From the human T2T-CHM13v2.0 reference genome, Homo sapiens: DNA of 64,000 nt. Of this stretch, positions 27,337 to 40,070 are shown piece after piece; the stretch's first letter is position 1; the number at the start of each line of letters is the position of its first letter. Below the pieces are notes generated by a model. That model was not told where the DNA came from. It worked only from the letters and a program-made list of their open reading frames with translations, and did no database searches. Location of the stretch: assembly GCF_009914755.1 (NCBI RefSeq), contig NC_060944.1; one strand, written 5' to 3'. The translations under genes were made by a program, and so were the position numbers.

Positions 27337-28920
27337 TCTTAACACCTTGGTAATTTTTGTGCTCTTCCCTGGACTTTGGACTTTGCAGCCTTAGGGAGAC
27401 AGAGCTCTTTAATGTACACTTTCCCATCAGGCACTGCATGGCCAAGAACCTGCCTGCAAAGCCCCCACTGAAGGGAGGGTTTCTCCAAGGAGCTCTCCCC
27501 TTTAAAGGCCCAGGATTGCTCCTGAGAGTGTCTACTCTGCCATCAATACCATAAAGATTTCATCAGACGGCATGGAGAGTGTTCAGTTGGGCACTCTGGG
27601 TTGAGGGGTGAGGGTCACAGTAGGGTCATCTGGATCATTTCCCTGTCCCCCGGCCCCAGCTTGCTCCCTGATTGCATGTCATTTGACTCAGGCTGAGCCT
27701 TGCAGAAGTCATAGCGGGGTGGAGATGACTCACACTATGTGGTTTTCCAACTGTTGGGAGCAGCCAGGCAGGGTCCTTTTGTCATGAGCAAGGCCATCGC
27801 CAAATACACATTGGCCAGGGTTCGATGAAAATGTGAAAGTCTCAGCCCCATCACTGGACTATGACAGAAGCCTGACCAAGTATCCTTATCGAAATGAAAA
27901 CCTTTCATAGAGGTGGTTCTCCACCTGTCAGGAGTCACTGATCCTAACAGGGGCATGAGAGCTGAAAGGAAACTTTCACAGTCATTTAATATGACATCTT
28001 TGTTTTTCCCTTTCTTAGCATTTGTCCCGGGTCACCTGGCTGGGGGTCAGGGGGTACATAGGCCAGGATCCCAGCTATGACTTTAGGAATGCCTGAAGCT
28101 GGGGGGTGCTCGGGCAGCAGGGAGGTGCTGAGGGTGACATGAGGGTGTACAGCATGGCAGGGCAGCAGAATCATCCCAGAAAGAGAGGATAGCCAAAGAC
28201 ATCGAGGCACAGGCGAGGTTGAGGAGCTTCGACAGTGGCCCTGAAAGGTGTATGGAGACCACGTTTCAGGACTTTGGCCACAGTGGAATCCCCCGACTGT
28301 TTTTGGGGACTGTGGTCAGGGTGACCCGGCTGTGGCACATAGTGCCCAAAAACGGTTTCTCCACATCCCTGCAGGGCCTATCAGCCAAAATTTTAGCAGG
28401 CCTCAAGCCCAGAAATCACTGGAATTCAAGGCTCTTAAAAATAATACTTGGCTAGGATACATGACCACATGACATTATTTCTAGTTAAATCAAAAGCTAT
28501 TGAGGACCATGTCTATTTTCATTTCATTTATACAGGGGAGGACACCTCCCAGCATCTGGGACAGAGGGAAGTACACGTCTTTACAACCTTGGATAAAAGT
28601 CATGTAACTCATGGCGCTTCACCTTTTCCCATGGCTGCCAGGGGGCTCAGATAGGAACTACATGCTTGAGTCAGCAACCTTCATTAAAGTAGAGTTTATC
28701 TTATGACTTTGTCTTTCTTCTCCTTCAGGGCATGTTATGTACTTTTAATCTTTATCTTTATGTATCCTACTTTTTCTACTTATTTTATTATAATTTGTCT
28801 TGAGTCTTTTTAGAAAACAGGAGAATATAAATTGCACTGGAAGAATGTTTTAATCCTCTCTTTAAAAACTGTTTCATATACATTATTTAATCTTCCCCAA
28901 AGCCCTGTGAACTCCCCTAG

Positions 28921-29232
<312 letters not shown>

Positions 29233-29629
29233 TCCTAGTGTCTTCTGAGTCTTCCAAGGGTTGGGCAATTTTCCCTCCGGTCATGGAGCTGAGCCGATTT
29301 CACTGTGCTCTGATTCTCTAAATACTGCTACTCACGTAGGGCAATTCTGTTCAACACGGTGAGCTGGGCCGGCTGTGACTCACAGCACCGAGCCCCTCCA
29401 GGGGTGGGGAGCTGATCTTTCTCTCCAATATGCATCCAGATGAGGCAGCAGGTCTCTGAAGGGCAACTCAGTTCATCTCAAACATGATGCCCAGAGAAAT
29501 GTTATTTTTGCTCCCAGTTCCACTCTGTGATTAGCAGCTCACATCTTCCCATTCTCAGGCAGCCCTGGGTGCAGGCTGTAGGTGCCAGGAGGACAAGGGA
29601 CCCCTCTTCTTTTTATCTCCATAAACCCA

Positions 29630-29800
29630 TGGCTGAAACAAGTGCTTGGTACTCAGTAGATAATCCATAAATATTTACTAAGTGAGTGTTAATTTGGGCA
29701 AGTCATTTCACTTCTCTGAGACTCAGTCTCAAAAATGTGGGGAGATTAACTCCCAGCTTCCTCCTAGTATCGTCAAGCAGATTAAATGAGATTCAGAGAA
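29630..29800 (+). mobile_element. L2 3' tail followed by a MIR fragment
   Basis: AGTGCTTGGTACTCAGTAG...ATAAATATTT, then TTGGGCAAGTCATTTCACTTCTCTGAGACTCAGT...GATTAAATGAGA. Confidence 0.6.
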
Positions 29801-32247
29801 AGCAAAGTGGTTTGCATTGTGTGTCTTTCATTATTCATAGTCAAAAAATCACAGCTGATGCCCAGAAAAGCACCTTCTACCCTGCTGACTTGCACCTCCA
29901 CTGATCCGGGAGCATCTTCTCTTTTAAGAATATGCTAAAATATTTGCTCTGGGGGAAAGGCACTTGTGCTGATCCAAAGAGATTCAGGAAGGAGGAGTCC
30001 TTTATGGCCTCATCTTGCCCTTAGAAACTTCTTCCAGCCCATTTCTCCATGCTGAGGAGGAAAGCTCAGGTCAAGAGAGCAGTAGAGAAAAGATCAAGTG
30101 CTCCTATGGGCCTTTTGAATACCTCTAACCCAGCCGTGCAGGGATTCACCTTGCTTCCATGCATCACGACGAGGGAGGGTCCATCTCCATCCCCTCCTCA
30201 ATGGAGGACATCAAGCCACTGGACCAGAGCCCTTCTCTGATCGCTACCCCCAGCTGTGTTTCATGGGATAAGAAATCAGGTATTGTAATCCTCTAAAAGA
30301 CACAGAAGCAATTTTAGAAAACATACATTGAGCTGGTGCTGACATTTTGGGATAAGTACATAAACATGGCATCCAAGAATTTAAGACAAGCACATTGCAT
30401 GGGTGTCCAACATTTGCCATTGGCCATATTTGTGTTTTAAAGAAGAATTGTAACCTAAAAATAGGAATCACACTTTATTCATTATATTTTTCACAGAGCT
30501 TTATTTTTGTATTGAAGGCTGGAAGCTATTAAGCTGCTGTCTCCTTACAACTGACCAAAGCCTGTGTGTGCACGTGATTTTTATTCTGGTACTTTGCCCT
30601 GGGACATCATTTCTGCCCCTTGCCACCGGTGCAAGCTGGACTTGAAGACAAGGGTCCCAGCACCTGGTGGAACCGCCCAACAAGCACCAGAGTCAGTCAC
30701 TGGTTCCTTGTACCCCATTTTCAAGCACCCAAAGTGGTTCTTCCCCTCATGTATCGTTAGATCTACAGCTAAGCCAAATAGTGAAGGTGAAGACAAAGGA
30801 AAGGGCTCAAGATAACATTTCCCTTCCCTGAGTTGAAGTCATTAGTGACCCAGAAAACAGGAAGGGGGTGAGGCCTCATTTAGGGAGAGGAAAAGCAGAG
30901 GAAGTGGCACCCGGGGGTGTGGAGCAGGATGGAGCACACTTGAAGTGCTCCTTAGAAGGAGGCTGGTGGAGCCAGCCTGGGGGTGGGGTGGGTGGGGAAG
31001 CTTGGCTGGGGACACAGAAGGGCAGAACCACTCCCAGGATTGTTTTCCAAGGACAATTTACAGTACCCATTGTTGGCTTTTCCTCTGGGTAATTAGACAC
31101 AACATGGGAGCAAGGGATCCTCATTCATCTTGTCACTGGGTTTTAATTTTCTTGGTCCTTCAGCTCCCAGCTGCCCTGGCAGATGTTCTGTCCACAAGTT
31201 CCAGGAAGTTCAGCAATGCTTCTTCTGCACTACTTTCACCCAGAGCTCACATGGTCTCTGGTAAGCAGCTTTAATTTGATATGGCTGGAGGTACTTTGGG
31301 GCTGGCTGCAGCAGATGAGAAAAGCAACTCTTTTTATGATTTCTATAGCAGGGTTCATTGTGAAATTTAAAGCAGAGAGGAGACTTATTTCTTTACCCTG
31401 GGTGTGACACCCTTTGAAGCTAGCTGAAGTAAAATGCTTTGCCAAGGAGGAGGGAATGAAGGAGTCAGCATACAGAATGAAACTGGACCTTAATCCATCA
31501 GTGAGATAGACACGGCTGCTTAACAGATGAACGAATACATTTCCATGGTGCAATGAATCATTTCAGTTGTCCCCTTAAGAGTACATTTCTGAGATGTATT
31601 TCTATAGTGTGTGTGCGTGCACCTGTGTGTGTGTAACCGAAATATAAATTGGGCTTCATGTGGTCCAGGCTATACACAGAGTCACTGTCAAAGCAGCACC
31701 AGGCTAAAACAAAAGGCATCTATGGTTAGTTTCAGTTTTCACTCAGGTGTCTGGAAGAATGCTAAAAGGGATTCAATTTAAAAACCAGAGCAACACTTCT
31801 TAAAATTATGTTTTATTTATTTTCTTATTCTTCCAAAACTCGGTAGCCTTTCACTTGAAATGGCAAACATTCACATCACTTCCAGCTTTTGAGTCTTTCC
31901 TATTTTCATCTTCTGTCTGTGCTCTATCAGCATTTTACATGGACTGAAAAGTTTTCTCCCTATTTACCCATTACCTGAATTCTTCAAAACAAAAGAGGGC
32001 TCAGAAGCTGATCCAAGAAGCAGGAATCTCCTTCCCTTCCTGTCTCCGCCCACCCTGCCTGTCTTCGTCCTCTCAACAGTTTCTGCACCCCAGACTTGGC
32101 TGGCTAACACCCAGCTCTCCTTAGGAGCAAGCAAGGGAGAGGCTGAGACTCATTCAGAGGTTTCCAGTCCTCTGAATGGGTCCTTAGGCAATGGTCAGGC
32201 AATGAAGAGCAGGGGTTTAGAGCAGGGAGAAACTGGAATTTTTTTTT

Positions 32248-32363
32248 AAGCCTATAGCACCTGATAGTCTCAGTCTCCCATCAAGGTACTAACCAGGCCA
32301 GACCCTGCTGAGCTTCTGAGATCTGCTGAGATGGGGCATGTTCAGGGTGGTATGGCTCTTGGC
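32248..32363 (-). pseudogene. 5S rRNA pseudogene (RNA5SP-type), retroposed
   Basis: The reverse complement, GCCATACCACCCTGAACATGCCCCATCTCAGCAGATCTCAGAAGCTCAGCAGGGTCTGGCCTGGTTAGTACCTTGATGGGAGACT...AGGTGCTATAGGCTT, aligns end to end to 5S rRNA. It is followed by A9 (32239-32247). Confidence 0.93.
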
Positions 32364-33051
32364 AGAAATATTATTTTCTGTGTTGCTAAATCATGTTGCT
32401 GCCCTAGCTCCCAGACCCAGCTCTGCAGACTTCTGAAAAGAAAAGCCCATATGGACGGGTGCCACCCAAGGGCATCTCCGCTGACAGCCCAACTCCCCCC
32501 CAGCCCCCAACACATACACAGGGCAATGTCTCCTTGTCGGGTGTGAGTGTCACCCTCTGGAGTTCTCTGAGACTCTCCCACACTGAGCAGCCTGGAGTCC
32601 AGCCCTGGGTTTCCTCACAGGCCTCAGGGTCGGTGGTGGAACACACCAGGGTCCTTGCTTGTGGAAACTCTCAGAGGAGGCTGTGCCACCAAGTAAGCGT
32701 CCGTGGGGTTTCGGATCGCCTCTGGGCCACTCCTGCCTCTAGGAACCTCGGCTGGCACCTCGAGGTGTGGGCAGAGGGAGAGGCTGAGGCAAGACGAGGC
32801 AGCAAGGTGAGCCCAGGAGGCCGCAGGAGCCAGCCCCAGCTCCCCCAGGAGGCCTGGCTTAGGCATGCTGAGGCTCCATCCCCCTAGCCTGCTTTTCACA
32901 AGTCAGGACTGACATTCTGTGCAGACCCAGGGATCCTGACAGAGCTGAGTAAAGTATGAGTGTGCAATCTGAAAGTTCTTGAGCCACACTAGCATGCGAG
33001 CACAGGAAACTGCTGTGCGAGTGCAGGGCCCTGGAGCAGATCCTCCACTGT

Positions 33052-33176
33052 GGAGGGGCGCAGCGGCTGTGGCCCCGGGCTGAAACGATGGCTCCCCAGC
33101 CTTCCTAGCTGTTGGGGGTGGGGTGCAGCGGCTGTGGCCCCGGGCTGAGACGATGGCTCCCCAGCCTTCCTGGCTG
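33052..33176. repeat. 65-bp tandem duplication (2 copies)
   Basis: GCAGCGGCTGTGGCCCCGGGCTGA(A/G)ACGATGGCTCCCCAGCCTTCCT(A/G)GCTG at 33060 and 33125. Confidence 0.9.
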
Positions 33177-33689
33177 CTTCCCCATTTCCTCCCACACAGG
33201 CTCACCGCTGTAGTCCTGGACACACTGTTGGGCTGGTGCATAGCAGGAACCCAATACATGAGTTGAGTGACTGGATAAACCCCGAGGCACTGACACCCTC
33301 CAACGGGGAACCCCTTCCTCAGTTCACCTCGCATTTGCAGAAAGCAGAGTAACATATATGACATTACTAGAAAATAGCAGGGGAAATGTAAAAATTGGGT
33401 TCAAAGTAGCCTCCTGGAGTTGAAATGGCTGCAGCTGTGTGGAATGGAACAGCAAAGGCAGCTCCACAGCAGAAAAGGGTCTCAGCTTAGGCCCTGGGAG
33501 ATGGACACAATTTCCCACCAGGGAGAAGAGAGGCCAGACGCCTCTAGCCACAGGGATAGTTGGCACACAGAGGTGTTAACTTTGGGATGAGTGTGGTTGA
33601 AGCCAGGGAAGGCCAAGCCCTGGCATCTCACATTCAAAGGAGCAGGTTCTCCTTGGAGCAGCCCCCAATCCCCCAGAGGAGGAGGGACC

Positions 33690-33890
33690 CCCAGGTATTC
33701 TCCCTCATAGCACCTTTTTTTTCATTGTGCTCATTACATTTGTGATATAATTTAGAGTAAGTCATGCAATGACGTATTAAATATCTGTCTCCCCACCAGA
33801 CAGCACACTGCATGAGGGCTGGGCCTTAACACTTGGGTTCACTGAGTACCTGGCACTGTGCCCAGTGTGTTGTAAGGTACTCAGTGACTG
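33690..33890 (+). mobile_element. L2 3' fragment
   Basis: TCTGTCTCCCCACCAGAC...CATGAGGGC...GTTCACTG...GTAAGGTACTCAGT. Confidence 0.65.
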
Positions 33891-35247
33891 CGTCAACACG
33901 GAAATGAGAACGCCGGGGCAGCTGCTCCCCCACCCCTACGCTCGCTGCAGACATGTGCTCCGTAGAGAGGGCTCCTCTCGAGGCCTAAGAGCGCTCCTGG
34001 CTTCCAGGATGCATGGATAGATGTGTCATCCAGATGGACCCTGGTTGGCACTGGACAGAGGGGCCTGGGGCTGCGCCAGGACTGATGGTAGAAGCACAGC
34101 AGAGGGTTGGTCTGGGCACCCAGTTCAGAGGGTCCTGCTTGGGGGCACGCCCTCTCCTGGAGGAAGCCAATGCTATAAAATTCCGTTAGGGACACCCCAG
34201 CTTCTGCTTCCCTGGGTTGGAGGGGCTCCCACCAGGCCCCTCCTTCCCTTTGGCTCCCTATACCCCAAAAAGGGAAGATTCTAGCAGCAAGGTCCCATTC
34301 TGACTCCAAGATGTAAGTCCCGTGCCTTCTGCTGGCCAGGTCCCGCACATCCTGGAACTGGGCCGCAGGGATCTGAAGCACTCTGCAGGCTCTCTCCCCA
34401 AGACCTGACTGGCCAACCTCCTCTCTCCTCATCTCTCCCAATGAGGAAGGAGCTGTCTGAGGAGAGCAGGAGGCAGGCCCAGCCAGCCTTGGGCAGGTGT
34501 CCTCCTACACCGGGGACAGAGAGGGACGGTGCACACAGATAGCAAGCAGCCTGCACAGGCCAGCACTCAGTGGCTGCACTTGCCAAGTGGAGCTTGCTTC
34601 ATCTGCAGCCCAGGCCTGTGAGCTACAAACAGCATCTGGATGAACATGTTGGGCTTTCACCTTTGGAACTGTGGTGAGGGCAGTATCCTCCTTGGAAAAG
34701 GGTTACAGCCCCTGCTGACCCCGTGGTTGACAGCTGTGAAGGAGGCAACAGTGACACTTCCTACAATCCCAGGCCAGCAGCCCCAGGGAGGGAACATAAA
34801 GAGACCCCTGGGAGCTAAAGCTACAACTGCTAAACAGAGCCCTGTGGGCATCGGGACGGGTTCAAAATGAGATATCTGGAAACTGGAGGACCTGCAGGGG
34901 TGGTCAGGGTGGGAGCATCTCGGGAGCATCTTCCCACCAGAGCAGGTACAAAAATCTATTTATTCATTCAACACATAGTGGCCACATGGTCAGATATTGC
35001 CATCTACCTTTGGGAAGACAGATGTGAGGATGAGATGGGACGGTCACAGAGGGCCAGCAGAGCAGAGTACAAAACCAAAGAGGAAACCCCTTCTGCAGCC
35101 TGGGGGAGAGCATCTGGCCCTGGACAAGGATGGAGGCAGAATGGTGGGCCAGAGAGGCACATGAAAGGTGATGTGCGTGGGACCGCTGGATGAATGGATG
35201 TCCTGAAAATTGCACCTTGATGGCAATTTTAGTTCTTCTCTGCAAAG

Positions 35248-35420
35248 CCATGTGCCTCAGCCTTGTCCACATGCCAGAATCACCCGGCAAGCTTTGCAAA
35301 ATGTTGATGTGCAAACCCCAAGCACAAAGATTCTGGTGTCTCGGGCCCGGGGTGCAGCCTGGGCATCTTCATTTAATGCAAGTGATTCATTAATGTGTGA
35401 CAGTGCTGGAGATCCCTGGC
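35248..35420. mobile_element. MER5-family DNA transposon fragment
   Basis: CAGAATCACCCGGCAAGCTTTGCAAAATG...GATTCTG...GGGGTGCAGCCTGGGCATCT. Confidence 0.65.
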
Positions 35421-36265
35421 TTGGAGAATCCTAAAATTTTCTCTAGCTTTAGTTCAGTTGCACCTGTAGGTAGAGCAGTTGCAGCTGATGACAGGCAGGC
35501 TGTGGGAGCAGGAGCTCAGTTAGGTTTCTGGGCCTCTGAGGGCCGCAGGGTCCACCTACCCACCCGTAGATTCTGCAGTATTTATAACTTTTTTGGTTCT
35601 GCCTCCAGCTTTCTGGGGCTGTCTGGTGGCAGAACAGTAAGAAGGGAGGGAAAGGAAACGTAAACCGGTTGATTCCAAAGTCCGTCCTGGAGACACAGTG
35701 CAGCCATAGGCAGGCTGGGCTCGCAGGCTGTGCTGAGCTGCAGCTGGCTGGGACTGCACAGTGAGCTGCCGGACATGCAACAAAGCGGCTGGGGGCCTCG
35801 AATGGGCACTTCGCCTTCCAGAAGTGTGTCCCTTGCCAGGGTTATTCACGCTCCCGCAGGGCTGAGAGCTGGCCAGCCTCCTCCTCTCCCAGATGGAGCT
35901 CAGGGCTGTGTGGCGGCCGTGGGGGACCTGGGACACTGGCTGCTCCAAGGGTTTTCTGCCGGTTATATCCATTTGGGATGTGTCCAGGGAAAAGGCCTCT
36001 ATCAGCTGCAAGAAAAAGAACACACATTCCCGAAATATCCGATAAACAAAGATGATTCCTTTATCCACCCCACTGGCCAAAATGAGCACCTGTGGCCTTG
36101 TCTTTCACTCAGGAAGTGCGGCCACCCTAGCCGCTCTCCCTCCTCCCACACTCCCTGCCATGTGGCCCTGTCCCCTCCTCGTCCCACTCCATTTTCCACT
36201 TCTGTGTCCAGGCCTTTCCTTCTCTCTGCACCTTTCCTCAGTGTAATTTTCAGCCTCAAAAAGCA

Positions 36266-36556
36266 TTTTTTTAAAGAGGCATTCCTCTCATTGCCCAGGC
36301 TGGAGTGCAATGGCACAATCTCAGCTCACTGCAGGCTCTGCCTCCCAGTTCAAGCGATTCTCCTGCCTCAGTGAGCCTCTGGAGTAGCTGAGATTATAGG
36401 CACACGCCACCACGCCCAGCTAATTTTTGTATTTTTAGTAGAGATGGGGTTTTACCATGTTGGTCAGGCTGGTCTCAAACTCCTGACCTCAGGTGATCCA
36501 CCCATCTTGGCTTCCCAAAGTGCTGGGATTACAGGCTTGAGCCACTGCGCCCAGCC
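36266..36556 (-). mobile_element. AluS (Sp/Sq-like)
   Basis: Antisense Alu with GGAGTGCAATGG and TGTTGGTCAGGCTGGTCTCAAACTCCTGACCTCAGGTGATCC. TSD about AAAAGC(A)TTTT. Confidence 0.93.
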
Positions 36557-37244
36557 AAAAAGCTTTTTAAAATTACTTTTAACTGCCTTTATAGCCCTCT
36601 GAGTCTTTGAGGGGAAAGAACTGTGAGGTTTCTCATCAGATCAAATTGTGGGGTGGCCTTTCCCAGAGAGGAGAAATCATCTCCTGGGGGAGGCTGGGCT
36701 GATCCCACGTTGGGAGCGGGGCTGCGGGTCCCACTCTTGGGCAGAGGCCAGCAGAGCATGCGCTCTAGTGGGGAATTCGAATAATGCGCGAGCCTCAGCA
36801 AGGAAGGAGCTTAGCTCCAGTGCAGGAGCACATAGGGAAGGTCTCAGCATCTCGGGGTAGGCGGGTGGCTGAGGCAGGGCAAAAAAGAGAGTCACCTCTG
36901 TGCTGGGAACTGTCCTTACCATGTGACCAGCTGCAAAGACTTCAAGCACAGCCCTGTGGGTGAGGAGGGCAGGGAGTCCAAAGATCCTTAGAGACTGGAG
37001 AAGCTGAGTGTGCAAACAAAAGAGAGAAGGTGGGTGTGGCCAAGAGGGGCAATGCCAGGAGTGCCATGGGAGATGCCTGCAGAGAGCTGCCCAGGGGCCA
37101 CATCACAGCACCCCTCGCAGGTGCTGCTGACGCACCAGTGTGGTGACAAGCCACGTCCAAGCAAGCGATGAAAGGACTGAGTTGTTTTGCAAAAAGTTCT
37201 TGCCATCTCCTCCACGGAGAGTGGATAGGAAAGGGGACACAAAC

Positions 37245-37311
37245 CCATCCATTTACTTATTCTTCCTTTAACAAAATCCATCCATTTACTGATTTCTTCC
37301 CTTAACAAAAT
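37245..37311. repeat. About 33-bp tandem duplication
   Basis: CCATCCATTTACT(T/G)ATT(T)CTTCC(T/C)TTAACAAAAT twice. Confidence 0.85.
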
Positions 37312-38427
37312 GTTATTGACAGTCAACCCAGTTTAGTGATCAACAGGAATTTGTGAAGATCGGGACCATATCCCAGTGAATACGGTGCTCACCATCAGTG
37401 GGTGGAGGGGACTCCCATGTGAGCCCGCAAACAATACCCCATGCACGCATGTCCTTCTATAGGGTTGAGCTGAAAGCTCTGGAAGCACAGCAAAGTCACC
37501 AGGAGCTTCATTCTGGGAAATCAGAGTAGGCCTCATAAGGATCTGCCCTGGAGCCAGGTCCACTCAGCTGAGAGCCTGCATTTTTGTTGACAGACTGAGT
37601 GTGCATCAGTGCAGGCGCCGGCTGCAGCCCAAGGGGCTCGGGGGGCCCCAGAGCACACAGGGTGTGGATATGATGTAGGCATCAAAGACAGGTGAGGTTG
37701 GTAAGGAATCTTGGGACAGATAAAGAAAGTCTTAGCATCAAACAAAGGGTCCCCTCTTTTTCCTAGAAGTAGCAAGAAAACCCTTGAGGTGTTTGATCCA
37801 GGGCATAGCACAGTGAGACATGCTTTAGAAAATTAATGCAGGGCTTGCTTTGGTTTAGGTTCACTCAAATCCAAGTCATTGACTCCCACCTATTTAGAAG
37901 GTTCAGGGATCTCCAGGAGGGAAGTGGGGATAGTGGTGCCATGGAATGGAGCTCTGTCAAGCCAGCATTACTAGGTGGGCAACGGAGCTTAATGCTTGCA
38001 TAGAGGCTCTAGGAGACTGGGCAAACCCCGGGCCTCAGAGGCATCCTGGGCAGGGCAAGGGAGCTGGTGTGCTCTGAGCAGCTGGCTCGGGCCTTGGCCA
38101 GGAGCTCCTCCCGGGATGCTTGTTTCCTGCACTTCCAGGCACCTGCAGTGTGGGTGGCACAGCCCCAGTGGCTCTGGGAAGAGCCTTTAGGAACCAGAAT
38201 GACTACACCAGCAGGTCCTGGGAAGTTGGGCAGAGCCCTGGGAGGATGGGCGGGACACGGCCAGGTCTGCCACAGAGAGAAAAGGGCCAAGGAGGGAAGG
38301 TGGGCAGGTGGCATCGTGCAGAAAGGTAAGATCTGTGTGTGAGAGCACTCTTGTGAGATTTCCACAACCATTTATTCTACCTGGCTTTAATTTTTAGAAA
38401 CTTAAATGTTAGAAAACACTAATTGAT

Positions 38428-38736
38428 GGCCGGGCACGGTGACTCGTGCCTGTAATCCCAGCACTTTGGGAGGCTGAGGCGGGTGGATCACTTGAGGTCA
38501 GGAGTTCAACACCAGCCTGGCCAATATGGTGAAACCCTGTATCAACTAAAATTACAAAAATTAGCCGGGCATGGTGATGGGCGCCTGTAATCCCAGATAC
38601 TTGGGAGGCTGAGGCAGGAGAATCGCTTGAACCAGAAGGCGGGGGTTGCAGTAAGCCAAGATCGTACCACTGTACTCCAGCCTGGGTGACAAAGCAAGAC
38701 TCTGTCTCAAAAACAAACAAAAAAACAAACAAACAA
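38428..38736 (+). mobile_element. AluS (Sx/Sz-like), full length
   Basis: Dimeric Alu with an (AAAC)n tail and a 14-bp TSD AAAACACTAATTGA at 38413-38426 and 38737-38750. Confidence 0.95.
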
Positions 38737-38949
38737 AAAACACTAATTGAGAGGTATAAGCAGAAAACATCTGGCATGACTAGCTATCACAGCCTTTCCC
38801 CACCAAAGACAAAACAAAGCAGATCTTGGCATCAGTGTGTGAATGTGGCAGCACACAGGAGACAACGAAACTGGGTCATCCCAGGAAAAGCCCTGCAGAA
38901 GGTCCCATCTTCAGCCATAGAATTTTTCCCAGGCCTTCCTTGGATGGGC

Positions 38950-39220
38950 TCAGTTGGGATGTTTTTCTTTTGTCTGGCTTCTTTGGATCAGTTACAGTGT
39001 TTTGTGAATAACTACTTCATTCTTTGTTATTGATGAGTAATACTCCATTGTATGGATGCATCACAGTTTATTTATTCACTCAAATGGCCACGGGGGCTGA
39101 TTTCAGTCTAGGGCCGCTGGCTGAATTAAGCCGCTGCAAGCACATAAGGACAAGTCTTCTTGTAGACATGTTGTCCTTTCTCTTGGGTAAAAACCTCCGA
39201 GTGAAATTGCTGGTAAGTTA
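38950..39220 (-). mobile_element. Old L1ME fragment
   Basis: TTTTGTCTGGCTTCTTT...GAGTAATACTCCATTGTATGGATG...TTTCTCTTGGGTAAA...GAGTGAAATTGCTGG. Confidence 0.7.
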
Positions 39221-39411
39221 AAGTTCCACTTTATATATACTAAAATAAAAAGCCACCAATCTATTTACAAATACAAATGGTGGTGGAACTTACCATTGAT
39301 ATTTTTTAAAAACAACAATACTTGAATGATCATTATCAAAAGAATAGAAAATACTAAGAAGTTTCAAAACATAATTTAAATTATCTGAAATAGCTTCAAG
39401 TAGCAACAACC

Positions 39412-40070
39412 TTTTTTTAAATTATACCTTAAGTTCTAGGGTACATGTGCACAATGTGCATGTTTGTTACATATGTATCCATGTGCCATGTTGGTGTGCT
39501 GTACCCATTAACTCATCATTTACATTAGGTATATCTCCTAATGCTATCTCTCCCTGCTCCCCCAACCCCACGACAGGCCCCGGTGTGTGATGTTCCCCTT
39601 TCTGTGTCCAAGTGTTCTCATTGTTCAATTCCCACCTATGAGTGAGAACATGTGGTGCTTGGTTTTTTGTCCTTGCCATAGTTTGCTGAGAATGATGGTT
39701 TCCAGCTTCATCCATGTCCTTACAAATATCATGAACTCATCATTTTTTATGGCTGCATAGTATTCCATGGTGTATATGTGCCACATTTTCTTAATCCAGT
39801 CTATCATTGATGGACATTTGGGTTGGTTCCAAGTCTTTGCTATAGTGAATAGTGCTGCAATAAACATATGTGTGCATGTGTCTTTATAGTAGCATGATTT
39901 ATAATCCTTTGGGTATATACCCAGTAACGGGATGTCTGGGTCAAATGGTATTTCTAGTTCTAGATCCTTGAGGAATCACCACACTGTATTCCACAATGGT
40001 TGAACTAGTTTACAGTCCCACCAACAGTGTAAAAGTGTTCCTATTTCTCCACATCCTCTCCAGCACCTGT
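39412..40070 (-). mobile_element. L1PA5-like 5'-truncated L1 (ORF2 end and 3' UTR)
   Basis: TAAGTTCTAGGGTACATGTGCAC...TTACATTAGGTATATCTCCTAATGC. ORF2 C-terminal peptide [20 protein letters not shown]. Confidence 0.93.

Noticed and set aside
25954-27445. Long K/E/R-rich and F/L/S-rich ORFs (up to 271 aa)
   Set aside because: These are translations of the polypurine simple repeat, which cannot contain stop codons, so they are not genes.
35730-36374. 214-aa ORF
   Set aside because: It has a non-ATG start and no recognisable domain, and it runs into an antisense Alu. Such ORFs arise by chance in GC-rich DNA.
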